50,867 nucleotides of DNA from an uncultured Clostridium sp. (GTDB lineage Bacteria > Bacillota_I > Bacilli_A > RF39 > UBA660): the NCBI GenBank assembly GCA_964345385.1, contig CAYFQM010000001.1, forward strand, positions 630 to 51,496, read 5' to 3'. Shown piece by piece: positions 18,299 through 28,206 of the stretch. A model generated the notes under the pieces. The model made no database searches and had not been told where the DNA came from. It was given only the letters and a program-made list of their open reading frames with translations. Each line of letters opens with the position of its first letter. Position 1 is the stretch's first letter. Made by a program: the position numbers and the translations under genes.

Positions 18299-20194
18299 TT
18301 ACCCCCTATAGTTATCCTCTAGAGTAAACTCAACATTTTCATCTATCCATTCTTTACGAGGTTCTACTTTATCTCCCATAAGAACATCCACTCTCTTTTT
18401 AGCTAGTGAAGCATCTTTTATATTTACTCTAATTAAACTTCTAGTTAGAGGATTCATTGTAGTATCCCATAGTTGATCAGCATTCATCTCTCCTAAACCT
18501 TTATATCTTTGAATAGTATATTTACCAGTATTTTTTTCTTTTATTTCGTTCATCTCTTCATCACTATATGCATAATATTTATTCTTTCCATAATCTAATT
18601 TATATAGTGGAGGCATCGCGATATAAAGTTTACCATTTTCTATTAAAGGACGCATATAATTATAAAAAAATGTAAGTAAAAGAATTTGAATATGTGCGCC
18701 ATCTACATCAGCATCTGTCATTATAATTACTTTATCATAATTAGATTCACTCACATCAAATGAAGCACCTACTCCTGCTCCTATAGTATGTATTATAGTA
18801 TTTAATTCTTCATTTTTATATACATCTTCTTCTTTAGCTTTACTTGTATTTAATACTTTTCCTCTTAAAGGAAGTATTGCTTGAAATTTTCTATCTCTTC
18901 CACCTTTAGCTGACCCTCCAGCACTATCTCCCTCAACTAAAAATAATTCATTAATTTTAGGATTTCTACTTTGAGCAGGAGCTAATTTACCAGATAAGTT
19001 TTTCTCTATTTTACTTCTATTTTTACCACTTCTTGCTTCTTCTCTAGCTTTTCTAGCAGCTTCTCTAGCAAGTTTACTTTGAATAGCTTTATTAGTTATT
19101 TTAGTTACTGCTTCTTTATTTTCTTCAAAAAAATAAGATAAATTATCATATACAATACTTTCAACAGCAACTCTAGCTTTTGAAGTCCCTAATTTTGTTT
19201 TAGTTTGACCTTCAAACTCTAATATATTTTCTGGTATTTTTAAAGAAATAACCGCAGTTAAACCCTCTCTTACATCAGAACCATCTAATGATGTTTTAGA
19301 TTTTAAAGTGTTTTTAATATAATCATTAAATGATTTTGTTAAAGCAGTTTTAAAACCAACTTCATGAGTTCCTCCATCAGTAGTTTTAACATTATTAACA
19401 AAAGACATAATATTTTCATTATAACCATCAGTATATTGAAGTGCAACGTTTACTTCAATATTATCTTTATTTCCATTAAAATTAATAACTTTATGTATTC
19501 CTTTATGATCTGAATTAATATATTCAATAAAAGAAACTAAACCATTTTCATATTGAAAAACGCTTCTTTTATCATCTTCTTCATCTATTACTTCCATACA
19601 TAAACCATCTATTAAAAATGCACTTTCTTGCATACGTTCACATATGTTTGTATAACTAAATCTTGCACTTCCAAAAATTTCATCATCAGGCATAAACTCA
19701 ACAGTTGTACCTGTTTCTTTAGTTTTACCTATTACTTTAAGTGGAGTATCTACTTTACCTCCGTCTTTAAATTTAATTTCATGTATTTTACCATCTCTTT
19801 TAATAATAACCTTCATCCATTTAGATAAAGCATTAACTACTGAAGAGCCTACTCCATGAAGACCACCTGATACTTTATATCCTTCACTTTCAAATTTTCC
19901 TCCAGCATGAAGAACTGTATATATAACTTCAGGAGTGCTTTTACCTGATGAATGCATACCAACAGGAACACCTCTTCCTTCATCAGCAACTATAACACTT
20001 CCTTCTTTAGTTAAAGTTACAACTATTTTATTTCCATATCCATTAATAGATTCATCAATAGCATTATCTACTATTTCCAACACTAAATGATGTAATCCAA
20101 CTTTATCAGTAGATCCAATGTACATAGCAGGTCTTTTTCTAACCGCATCAAGACCCTGTAATATTTTAATTGTTTTTTCATTATATTCGCTCAT
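18299..20194 (-). CDS. parE: DNA topoisomerase IV subunit B
   Basis: GHKL ATPase (LEIVDNAIDE), QTKTKLG, and Toprim EGDSAGGSAK...DADVDGAHI. Immediately upstream of parC. Confidence 0.8.
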   Translation of the reverse strand: MSEYNEKTIKILQGLDAVRKRPAMYIGSTDKVGLHHLVLEIVDNAIDESINGYGNKIVVTLTKEGSVIVADEGRGVPVGMHSSGKSTPEVIYTVLHAGGKFESEGYKVSGGLHGVGSSVVNALSKWMKVIIKRDGKIHEIKFKDGGKVDTPLKVIGKTKETGTTVEFMPDDEIFGSARFSYTNICERMQESAFLIDGLCMEVIDEEDDKRSVFQYENGLVSFIEYINSDHKGIHKVINFNGNKDNIEVNVALQYTDGYNENIMSFVNNVKTTDGGTHEVGFKTALTKSFNDYIKNTLKSKTSLDGSDVREGLTAVISLKIPENILEFEGQTKTKLGTSKARVAVESIVYDNLSYFFEENKEAVTKITNKAIQSKLAREAARKAREEARSGKNRSKIEKNLSGKLAPAQSRNPKINELFLVEGDSAGGSAKGGRDRKFQAILPLRGKVLNTSKAKEEDVYKNEELNTIIHTIGAGVGASFDVSESNYDKVIIMTDADVDGAHIQILLLTFFYNYMRPLIENGKLYIAMPPLYKLDYGKNKYYAYSDEEMNEIKEKNTGKYTIQRYKGLGEMNADQLWDTTMNPLTRSLIRVNIKDASLAKKRVDVLMGDKVEPRKEWIDENVEFTLEDNYRG

Positions 20195-20221
20195 ATCTTA
20201 TTACTCCATAATAATTATACT

Positions 20222-20255
20222 AAAAAAAAAGATAAGTGTAAATAAACTTTACACT
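20222..20255 (-). terminator. Rho-independent terminator after the DUF5684-like gene
   Basis: AGTGTAAA-GTTTA-TTTACACT followed by TATCT9 on the minus strand. Confidence 0.6.
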
Positions 20256-20720
20256 CTATAATTCAACTATTGGTATTTTTTCTTCCTTTTCTTCTAATAT
20301 AAGATTCATTTTAGAAGAAGAACTATCTAAAGTCTTAAATGCATCATCTTTATTCATTCTAAATTTATAATCTTTCTTAGATAAAATATAATAAAAAACC
20401 ACCGGGCATAATATAAGTCCAATCATAAAAGGTTTACTTACATTAAAATCTTTACCTAGTTTATATGACATAAGTGTTAATGGATATAAATTTACTACTG
20501 GTATAAATAATAATATTGCATAAAATATAGATATATCAAGAACATCTAACATAGTAAATAAATTTAGTATTGGAAAATACACATTCTTAGTATTATGTTT
20601 AGCTTTTTTAAATATAGACTTACCTACTATCATTATAAGAAGGGATCTTAAAAATGTTAAAGACAATATAAATAATAGTATATTTAATACAATTAATTTA
20701 ATAGAAGTTCTTACTATCAT
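20256..20720 (-). CDS. Small polytopic membrane protein, DUF5684-like
   Basis: Pattern IFKKAKHN...PILNLFTMLDVL...LLFIPVVNLYP...LGKDFNVSKPFMIGLILCPVVFYYILS resembles the DUF5684 family signature. Judged from memory only. Confidence 0.5.
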   Translation of the reverse strand: MIVRTSIKLIVLNILLFILSLTFLRSLLIMIVGKSIFKKAKHNTKNVYFPILNLFTMLDVLDISIFYAILLFIPVVNLYPLTLMSYKLGKDFNVSKPFMIGLILCPVVFYYILSKKDYKFRMNKDDAFKTLDSSSSKMNLILEEKEEKIPIVEL

Positions 20721-20809
20721 AGCTTCTCCTTTACTATATATATATTAATAATACAATAACCAATTATTTTAATCAAGAGTGCTTTTTTTCGTAAAATCGT
20801 AAAAAAAGG

Positions 20810-20838
20810 TTGCAAAATGCCAAAAAATATTATAAAAT
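20810..20838 (+). promoter_or_regulatory. Sigma-A promoter for the tRNA pair
   Basis: TTGCAA (20810..20815), 17 nt, TAAAAT (20833..20838), about 20 nt upstream of tRNA-Ile. Confidence 0.6.
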
Positions 20839-20859
20839 GATAACGTCATCTGAAGTAAT

Positions 20860-20936
20860 GGGCTTATAGCTCAGTTGGTTAGAGCGCTCGTCTGATAAGC
20901 GGGAGGTCGAAAGTTCGAGTCTTTCTAGGCCCACCA
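20860..20936 (+). tRNA. tRNA-Ile (anticodon GAU), CCA encoded
   Basis: Folded by hand. Acceptor GGGCTTA/TAGGCCC, D arm GCTC..GAGC, anticodon stem CTCGT/GCGGG with loop CTGATAA, T arm GAAAG-TTCGAGT-CTTTC, then ACCA. Confidence 0.93.
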
Positions 20937-20941
20937 GATAT

Positions 20942-21017
20942 GGCCCGTTGGTGAAATGGTTAACACACACGCCTTTCACGCGTGCATTTATGGGTTCAAA
21001 TCCCGTACGGGTCACCA
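20942..21017 (+). tRNA. tRNA-Glu (anticodon UUC), CCA encoded
   Basis: Acceptor GGCCCGT/ACGGGTC, anticodon stem CACGC/GCGTG with loop CTTTCAC, T arm GGGTTCAAATCCC, then ACCA. Close to the canonical Firmicute tRNA-Glu. Confidence 0.92.
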
Positions 21018-21026
21018 TTAGAAAAT

Positions 21027-21056
21027 AAAAAGTCCTTTATTAGGACTTTTTTTGTT
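21027..21056. terminator. Bidirectional rho-independent terminator
   Basis: AAAAAGTCCT-TTATT-AGGACTTTTT flanked by A-run and T-run. It can stop the plus-strand tRNA transcript and the minus-strand trmD-hypothetical transcript. Confidence 0.7.
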
Positions 21057-21061
21057 TGTTT

Positions 21062-21523
21062 TTATCTTCCTCTACTTCTATATTCTTCCATATCTTTATC
21101 CATAATAGATTCTCTTAATCTATCAATAAATTGTTTTTGTCTATAATTTTTTTGAAACTGTTCTTCCATTAACATAATTTTAGATAATAGAGCTTTATAT
21201 TCACTTTTAATCATATGCTCTTTATATTTATTATATATTATACCCTTTAGTCTACTTATTTCATCTAATACTATACCCACATCAGATGAAGAAGTATCTG
21301 GATCATTTAATATTTTTAAAATTAATTTTATTAATTTTTCTATTTCATTATTAATTCTACGCTTAATAAAATTATTAGTAAGCTCTGGATCAGTTATTTT
21401 AATATTAGTAGCTTTAATTTTATCAGCTTTATATCCACTAGGAGTAACATCTAATCCTTCAATTACAACATTATAATAATTTAGTTTTTGATCAGTTTTT
21501 TCTTTTTGAAGAATGTATGTCAT
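21062..21523 (-). CDS. Hypothetical protein (153 aa), helical, charged
   Basis: Long ORF co-directional with trmD. No motifs recognised. It occupies the slot where rplS normally follows trmD. Confidence 0.5.
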   Translation of the reverse strand: MTYILQKEKTDQKLNYYNVVIEGLDVTPSGYKADKIKATNIKITDPELTNNFIKRRINNEIEKLIKLILKILNDPDTSSSDVGIVLDEISRLKGIIYNKYKEHMIKSEYKALLSKIMLMEEQFQKNYRQKQFIDRLRESIMDKDMEEYRSRGR

Positions 21524-21588
21524 AAATACCTCTTTTCAAATATTAATCATTATTATACATTTAACAGTTATATATTTCAAGCAATTAA

Positions 21589-22251
21589 TTACTTAAATAA
21601 ATCATTTCTATATTTTTTTGTAATTCTAATTCTTTCTTTGTTTCTATATTCATCTATTTCTTTATGGTTACCACTAAGTAATACTTCTGGTACTTTTTTC
21701 CCTTTAAAATTACGTGGTTTTGTATATACTGGATAATCTAATAAATTATCATTAAAACTTTCATTAATTAAACTTTCTTTGTTTATTACTCCAGGAAGTA
21801 ATCTAACAACACTATCTACAATAGCCATAGATGGTATTTCTCCTCCAGTTAATATAAAGTCTCCTATAGATATAATTTCATCAGCAAAATCATATATTCT
21901 TTCATCAAAACCTTCATAATGGCCACATATTATAATGATATGTTTTTTTTCTTTTAATTCATTTGCTTTATTTTGATTATATACTTTTCCTCTAGGAGAA
22001 AGTAATATAATATGTGATTCATTAGTTTTTATACTCTCTAGAGCATTATAAATAGGTTCACACATTAATATCATTCCAGCACCACCACCAAAAGAAGTGT
22101 CATCCACTTGTTTATTTTTATAAGTTGTATAGTTTCTAATATCAATTATATTAATATTAACTTTCTTCTTTTCAATTGCTTTTTTAATAATACTTTCAGT
22201 AAGAAAACCTTCATACATATTAGGAAATAAAGTTAAAACATCTATTTTCAT
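21589..22251 (-). CDS. trmD: tRNA (guanine37-N1)-methyltransferase
   Basis: MKIDVLTLFPNMYEGFL N-terminus and a SPOUT knot region (LSPRGKVYNQ, IIICGHYEGFDERI, SIGDFILTGGE). Confidence 0.94.
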   Translation of the reverse strand: MKIDVLTLFPNMYEGFLTESIIKKAIEKKKVNINIIDIRNYTTYKNKQVDDTSFGGGAGMILMCEPIYNALESIKTNESHIILLSPRGKVYNQNKANELKEKKHIIIICGHYEGFDERIYDFADEIISIGDFILTGGEIPSMAIVDSVVRLLPGVINKESLINESFNDNLLDYPVYTKPRNFKGKKVPEVLLSGNHKEIDEYRNKERIRITKKYRNDLFK

Positions 22252-22260
22252 TTTCCCTCC

Positions 22261-22737
22261 TTATAAAATAAGTAAATCATTATAATATATACATCTATTT
22301 TTTTTATCTATTTTAGAAATTAATTCTTTTTTATATGGAAGATATTTACCACTTACAACAATTAATTTGGTTTTGCCTTCAAATATATAGCCCTCTATAG
22401 TTCCATATAAAACATCTTCCTTATATACTTTCATACCAATCAATTCTTCATTTAATAATTCTTCATCATTTAATATTAAGTCTTCTTTATTTATATAAAT
22501 ATATTTTGTCTTAAACCCTATAACTTCATTTATTGAGCTTTTCTCTTTAAATTTTATCATATCAAATATTTTATGAATTCTATAACTTTCCACTATTACT
22601 TCTTCTTTATCTTCTCCAATATATAATTTTTTGTTTTTAACAAAAACTCTATCTTTATATGAAAAATCACTGATAATTTTTACTTCACCTTTTAATGCAT
22701 GAGTATTTACTATTTTACCAACACAAATATAATTCAT
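22261..22737 (-). CDS. rimM: 16S rRNA processing protein RimM
   Basis: VGKIVNTHALKGEVKI N-terminal barrel motif. Immediately upstream of trmD. Confidence 0.85.
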   Translation of the reverse strand: MNYICVGKIVNTHALKGEVKIISDFSYKDRVFVKNKKLYIGEDKEEVIVESYRIHKIFDMIKFKEKSSINEVIGFKTKYIYINKEDLILNDEELLNEELIGMKVYKEDVLYGTIEGYIFEGKTKLIVVSGKYLPYKKELISKIDKKNRCIYYNDLLIL

Positions 22738-23478
22738 TTATTTTATCTTCCTATCTTTTAAAAACTCATATAATATAATACCACTAGTTACTGAAACATT
22801 TAAACTTTCACACTTTTCATTCATATCAATTTTAAATACTTCATCACATAAAGATAATATTTCTTTTCTAACTCCGCTTCCTTCATTTCCAAATACTATA
22901 GCAAACTTATCTTCTTTTTTTATATCTTTTAGTTCTTTGTTAGTTTCTAGACTTGTACCATATATTTTAATGTTTTTATCTTTTAGTGTTTTTATAACAT
23001 CTTCTATTTCATCAATAATAATATTTATATTAAAAATCATTCCTTCAGTAGAACGCACTACTTTATCATTATATGGACTAACTGAAAAAGTAGAAAATAT
23101 AATTGTATCAACTCCAAACGCAGCACATGTTCTTATAATAGTTCCAGCATTACCTGGATCTTGAATATTATCTAATATAACTATTTTGTTTCCAAAAACT
23201 TCATTACTTTCTATTTTAGCTATTCCAATAACTTTAGGAGTACTTGGTAAATCACTAATACTTTTCATTACTTTTGGGCTTACTGTTATAGTAGGAAAAT
23301 CATATTCTATAGGGTTACTTTCTAATTTATATAGTTTAACTAATCTATTATTTTTAATAGCTTCTTTAACTGCATGGTCTCCTTCTATAACAAACAATGC
23401 CTTTGATAAAGAATACTTTTTATTACTAAGTTTTCTTATTTCTTTAATATTTTTATTAGAAATACTATCAATATACAT
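22738..23478 (-). CDS. TrmH/SpoU-family RNA 2'-O-methyltransferase
   Basis: SPOUT motifs LDNIQDPGNAGTIIRT, FGNEGSGV and SLNVSVTSGIILYE. Confidence 0.85.
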   Translation of the reverse strand: MYIDSISNKNIKEIRKLSNKKYSLSKALFVIEGDHAVKEAIKNNRLVKLYKLESNPIEYDFPTITVSPKVMKSISDLPSTPKVIGIAKIESNEVFGNKIVILDNIQDPGNAGTIIRTCAAFGVDTIIFSTFSVSPYNDKVVRSTEGMIFNINIIIDEIEDVIKTLKDKNIKIYGTSLETNKELKDIKKEDKFAIVFGNEGSGVRKEILSLCDEVFKIDMNEKCESLNVSVTSGIILYEFLKDRKIK

Positions 23479-24110
23479 TATTCCTCCTTCAATATTTTTT
23501 GAGCTTCTTTATAATCTTTTTTATATTTTTTAACAAGAGCCCAAAACTTTTTACTATGATTAAATTCTATTAAATGACAAAGTTCATGAATTATAACATA
23601 GTCTATTTCATTAATACTATATCTTATAAGGTTAGTATTTAATTTAATTTCATCTTTATTATTACAATAACCCCATTTTCTTTTCATTTTACCTATTTTT
23701 AATTTAGGATATACTATATCTTCTTCAAATAAATTATAACATACATTAAGTCTTTCATTAAATGTTTTCTTAGCTTGATTTTTTAGAAAAGTATCTAAAT
23801 ACCCTATATTATTAACAAATACTATATCATTATGAAACTGTATCTTAGAAACTGTATTTGATATGATTACTTGATACTCTTTTCCTAAATAATAAAATGA
23901 TTTTTCTTTTTCTTTTTTCTTTTGTATTTTTTTATAACTTTTTTCTATATAGTCACTATTTTTATATATAAAGCTCTTAATAAAAGAATCGCTAACAAAA
24001 CGATTACATGAAATATATATGCCATTTTCTTTTACTCTTAAATATATATTTTTAATTGGTTTTTTTTCTATAAAAACCAAATATTTTTTATCATTAATAA
24101 TTACTTCCAT
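23478..24110 (-). CDS. YgjP/DUF45-type (M48-like) zinc metallopeptidase
   Basis: HELCHLIEFNHSKKFWALV zinc-binding signature near the C-terminus; length 210 aa. Confidence 0.75.
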   Translation of the reverse strand: MEVIINDKKYLVFIEKKPIKNIYLRVKENGIYISCNRFVSDSFIKSFIYKNSDYIEKSYKKIQKKKEKEKSFYYLGKEYQVIISNTVSKIQFHNDIVFVNNIGYLDTFLKNQAKKTFNERLNVCYNLFEEDIVYPKLKIGKMKRKWGYCNNKDEIKLNTNLIRYSINEIDYVIIHELCHLIEFNHSKKFWALVKKYKKDYKEAQKILKEE

Positions 24111-24152
24111 ATAATTATTATAGCAAGTATATATTCAAATAAAAAGACTTAT

Positions 24153-25226
24153 TTAAAAGTCTCTATTTCTTAAAAATGCTGGTACATCTAATATCTCATC
24201 ATCTTCTGGATTTAATGATTTACTTAAAGATGGTTCTTTTCTTTCGCCCTCAATTGATTTATATAGTGGTTCAGTTGAATCTTCAAAACCAGTTGCTATA
24301 ACAGTTACAACTATTTCATCTGTTAATGCTTCATTTATAACAGCACCAAATATAATGTTTACATCTGTATTAGCAGATGCTCTTATAACATCAACTGCTT
24401 CTTCTGCTTCAAATAAACCTAAAGATTTTCCACCAGTTACATTTACTACACAATCAGTAGCACCATTAATAGTTGTTTCTAATAAAGGACTACTTACTGC
24501 TTGTTTTGCTGCTTCTACAGCTCTATTATCTCCAAATCCTACTCCAATACCAATTAATGCATCTCCTTTTTTCTCCATTACTGTTTTAATATCAGCAAAG
24601 TCTAAGTTTACTATACCAGGAACACTAATTAAATCAGAAACTGCTTGAACTCCTAATCTTAAAACATTATCTACTTCTCTAAAAGCTTGTTCAATTGGAG
24701 TGCTTCTATCAATTATATCTCTTAATCTATCGTTTGGTATTACTACCATTGTATCAACATGCTTTCTTAACTCATCAAGCCCTACTAAAGCATAGTCTGT
24801 TCTTTGACGACCTTCAAATTTAAATGGTCTTGTTACAATAGCAACAGTTAAACAGCCTAATTTTTGAGCAATTTCTGCGATTACAGGAGCTGCACCTGTA
24901 CCAGTTCCACCACCTAGACCACATGTTACAAATACCATATCTGCTCCTCTTAAAACCTCTTCTATTTCTTCCTGGCTTTCAAGAGCAGCTTCTCTTCCAA
25001 CTTCTGGTCTAGTACCAGCACCTCTTCCTTTAGTAATACTTTTACCTATTTGGATTTTTCTTTCTGCTTTAGAAATATTTAATACTTGTAAATCAGTGTT
25101 AGCAACTATAAACTCAACACCTCTTAAACCATCATCTATCATTCTATTAACAGCGTTACATCCAGCTCCACCAACACCAACTACTTTAATATCAGCTATT
25201 TGATCCATCTCTAATTTATTATTCAT
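24153..25226 (-). CDS. ftsZ: Cell division protein FtsZ
   Basis: Tubulin signature [11 protein letters not shown] and NTDLQ; C-terminal DIPAFLR-like peptide (DVPAFLRNR). Confidence 0.98.
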   Translation of the reverse strand: MNNKLEMDQIADIKVVGVGGAGCNAVNRMIDDGLRGVEFIVANTDLQVLNISKAERKIQIGKSITKGRGAGTRPEVGREAALESQEEIEEVLRGADMVFVTCGLGGGTGTGAAPVIAEIAQKLGCLTVAIVTRPFKFEGRQRTDYALVGLDELRKHVDTMVVIPNDRLRDIIDRSTPIEQAFREVDNVLRLGVQAVSDLISVPGIVNLDFADIKTVMEKKGDALIGIGVGFGDNRAVEAAKQAVSSPLLETTINGATDCVVNVTGGKSLGLFEAEEAVDVIRASANTDVNIIFGAVINEALTDEIVVTVIATGFEDSTEPLYKSIEGERKEPSLSKSLNPEDDEILDVPAFLRNRDF

Positions 25227-25234
25227 GTTTCCTC

Positions 25235-26467
25235 CTAACTATTCCAAAAATATCTATGTATTTTACCAAGTATACCTTCTTTCTTATTTTCAACATTTAA
25301 AACTTCTTTTTGTTCTTCTTCATTAAAAGTATATGCAAGTTTATTTCTTTGAGATAATTTATAATGATAATATTTAATTAATCCAAGAGCACTACTATAC
25401 ATATTATGCCTTGCACCCATTTCTTTTACTTTAAATATTTGTATTCCTTTATAAAAAACCTCTTCTAATACTACCTCTATATCTTTTCCTAATGAAGAAC
25501 CTCCTACTACAATTATATAACTTATTTCATCTTTTGTTAAGTGATTTATTTGTTTTTTTGATAACTCTAGTATTTCTTTTATTCTAGAATAAACCACTTC
25601 ACTAATCTCATATTGATTTATTGTAATAGTTTCTCCATTAATTGTCAATATTTCTTGATTCCATGAACTAGATGCATTTCTTTTAGAAAACAAAGCAAAT
25701 CTTTCTTTTAATTTAACACTATCTCTTTTAGAAATATCATATACATAACACAAATCATTATCTATACTTTTACTTCCAATATCAAGAACTTCGCATGATA
25801 TTATAATGTCTTTTTCTATAATAGAAACTTCAGTTTTATGATATCCTATATTTATAATTGCTCCTTTTAATTTACTAAGTTTTTCATCTCTAAACTCAAA
25901 ATAATCACAAAGTCCACCTAAAGAAATATCTACTACTTCTATACCTATATTATCAAGAACAGAAAACGCTGTATATACATTTTTTTTAGGAACCAAGCTC
26001 ATAATAGCGTTACATTCAAGTGAAGAACACTTTTTATTAAGTATATCAGTCCCTTTTGTTTTTCCATCTAATTTATATATTACAGGCATAATGTTAACAA
26101 TTTCTTTATTAGAAGGAATCTTGTTATATACACAAGACTGAAGTACTCTTACAATATCTTTATCTAATATTTTTCCATCTTCATTTGTAATAGTTGTTTT
26201 GCCACTTACTTTAATAAACTCGGTATAATAAGAAGAAACAACTAATATAACTTTATTAATTTTAGTATTTAATAACTCTTCACATCTAGAAAATGCTTCT
26301 TTTAATGAAATAATAGCTTCTTCTGGGTTAACTATTATTCCGTTTTTAACACCTTTACTTTTAACACATGAAGAAGCTAAAACATGAACACTATTATTAT
26401 AATATTCACCTACCACCAGTTTAACATAATTAGATCCAATATCTAAACTCGATACTATTTCCTTCAT
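25235..26467 (-). CDS. ftsA: Cell division protein FtsA
   Basis: Actin-fold phosphate motifs ([30 protein letters not shown]). Directly upstream of ftsZ. Confidence 0.92.
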   Translation of the reverse strand: MKEIVSSLDIGSNYVKLVVGEYYNNSVHVLASSCVKSKGVKNGIIVNPEEAIISLKEAFSRCEELLNTKINKVILVVSSYYTEFIKVSGKTTITNEDGKILDKDIVRVLQSCVYNKIPSNKEIVNIMPVIYKLDGKTKGTDILNKKCSSLECNAIMSLVPKKNVYTAFSVLDNIGIEVVDISLGGLCDYFEFRDEKLSKLKGAIINIGYHKTEVSIIEKDIIISCEVLDIGSKSIDNDLCYVYDISKRDSVKLKERFALFSKRNASSSWNQEILTINGETITINQYEISEVVYSRIKEILELSKKQINHLTKDEISYIIVVGGSSLGKDIEVVLEEVFYKGIQIFKVKEMGARHNMYSSALGLIKYYHYKLSQRNKLAYTFNEEEQKEVLNVENKKEGILGKIHRYFWNS

Positions 26468-26527
26468 TTGCTACTCCTATATACTCTAAATAATTATATC
26501 AAATTTCTCAATATTTTAATAGTATTA

Positions 26528-27037
26528 TCATTTATATAAAAACTCAACATTAAAATCTACTACATCTGTTTTTAATATATTAGGGCTATTATATTGAATT
26601 TTAATTTCAAATCTTTTTTTACTTTTTGCTCTAATAATATCATCCTTTTTTAAAGAAACATTTATAATCATATATTCATTATCTATATTTGAAGAAGTAA
26701 AATCTATTAATACTTCTTCTATAGTCGCATCTTTATTTCCAATATTATAAAGCTCTACCATAACTGTTTTAGCTTCTTCATAATTATATAAATCATCTAT
26801 ATTAAATGATATATAACTATCATTAATAATAGCTTTGGTTGTAGTGTTGTAATCTATTGTAACTTCATTTATATAAATGTTATAAAAATCATTTATAACT
26901 TCAATATTACCTCTTTCAACCATATTAATCTTAAGAAATAACAAAGTAAATAAAAAAACTAAGATAATAAAAAATATTAGAAGTACACTATGCTTAATAA
27001 TAGCTTTATTTATATTTATTTCATCAGTTATCTTCAT
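26528..27037 (-). CDS. Hypothetical bitopic membrane protein (169 aa)
   Basis: One N-terminal TM (SVLLIFFIILVFLFTLLFL) and a beta-rich ectodomain. It sits where ftsQ/divIB is normally found, but no POTRA-like sequence was recognised. Confidence 0.5.
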   Translation of the reverse strand: MKITDEININKAIIKHSVLLIFFIILVFLFTLLFLKINMVERGNIEVINDFYNIYINEVTIDYNTTTKAIINDSYISFNIDDLYNYEEAKTVMVELYNIGNKDATIEEVLIDFTSSNIDNEYMIINVSLKKDDIIRAKSKKRFEIKIQYNSPNILKTDVVDFNVEFLYK

Positions 27038-27116
27038 AACTATTCACCTATTATAAATATATCATAAAAGAGTATTCTAAACAAGAAAAATAAGGTGTTA
27101 AAAAAATTATAAGTTT

Positions 27117-28196
27117 TTAATCACTTATAACTTTTTTATTATCTTTATTATCTAAATTAACATTACTAATTTTCTCAAATCTTTTCGTTATTTTATCTGT
27201 CGTTGTATGTATTTCATCTACATCTTTAGATACAGTATTTATACTTCTAGATAATTTATCCCATCTTTCTTTATATCTATTAAACTCAATCCCTAATTTG
27301 TTTAATTCCTCATGAATAATAGATGTATATTTATCTCTTTCAAGACCTTTTAATACTGATTGAATAATTGTTAATAAGCTCATTAATGTAGTTGGAGATG
27401 CAAGCCAAACGTTTTTAGAAGCTGCGTATTTTATTACTTGATCATGATAAGCATTTAGTTCTGCAAAAACAGCTTCTGCTGGTAAAAATAATATTGCTTG
27501 ATTAGAAGTTTCCCCTTCAACAATATATTTATCTGCTATTGCATCTATATGCTTTTTAACATCATTTTGAAAATCTTTACTTCTTTTTTCTTTTTCTAAA
27601 TTACTAAGCCCTTTTTCAACAAGACGTCTATAGTTTTCTAAAGGAAACTTTGAATCAATACATATAGTACCTAGAGGCTGTGGAGCATATACAACAGAAT
27701 CTGCTATAGAATCATTAGAGAGTTTTACTTGCATTCTATAAACTTTATCATTTTTTTCACCAAATACTGCTGATAATATATGATATAAATTTACTTCTCC
27801 AAAAATACCACGGCTTTTTTTATCTGTTAAAATTCCTTCTAAAGAAACAATGTCACTACTTAATCCATCTATCTTCTTTTGAGCTTCATCTATTTTAGCT
27901 AACCTTTCTAAAACATTTTGAAAAGTTTTATTTGTTTTTTCAAACCCTTCACTAAGATGTTCATTAACTTTATTGTTAAGCCCTTCAATTTTCTTATCCA
28001 TTCTATCACTAAATATATTAAAATCTTTATTTAACTTATCACTAAAATCTAATTTAAAATCTCCTATTTCTTTAATAAGTTCTATTTGAGCTTTGGTTAT
28101 TAAATCATTTAATTCTTTGTTATTATTTCTTTTAAAAAACATTAAAAGTAATAACACTATAATTATAAAACCAACTATTATTATATATATATCCAT
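27117..28196 (-). CDS. rmuC: DNA recombination protein RmuC
   Basis: N-terminal TM, long coiled coil, C-terminal nuclease-like core (VVYAPQPLGTICIDSKFPLENY, AILFLPAEAVF). Confidence 0.85.
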   Translation of the reverse strand: MDIYIIIVGFIIIVLLLLMFFKRNNNKELNDLITKAQIELIKEIGDFKLDFSDKLNKDFNIFSDRMDKKIEGLNNKVNEHLSEGFEKTNKTFQNVLERLAKIDEAQKKIDGLSSDIVSLEGILTDKKSRGIFGEVNLYHILSAVFGEKNDKVYRMQVKLSNDSIADSVVYAPQPLGTICIDSKFPLENYRRLVEKGLSNLEKEKRSKDFQNDVKKHIDAIADKYIVEGETSNQAILFLPAEAVFAELNAYHDQVIKYAASKNVWLASPTTLMSLLTIIQSVLKGLERDKYTSIIHEELNKLGIEFNRYKERWDKLSRSINTVSKDVDEIHTTTDKITKRFEKISNVNLDNKDNKKVISD

Positions 28197-28206
28197 AAAT
28201 TTCCTC

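Noticed and set aside
15756-20194. Annotating the type II topoisomerase pair as gyrB/gyrA.
   Set aside because: The A-subunit N-terminus ([31 protein letters not shown]) matches the ParC/GrlA signature rather than GyrA (..RALPDVRDGLKPVHRR), and I found no GyrA-box. Phylogenetic placement would be needed for certainty.
20830-21018. 62-aa minus-strand ORF (MVTRTGFEPINARVKG...).
   Set aside because: It is the reverse complement of the tRNA-Ile and tRNA-Glu genes. The 'GFEP' type translation is the classic artefact of reading a tRNA T-arm antisense.
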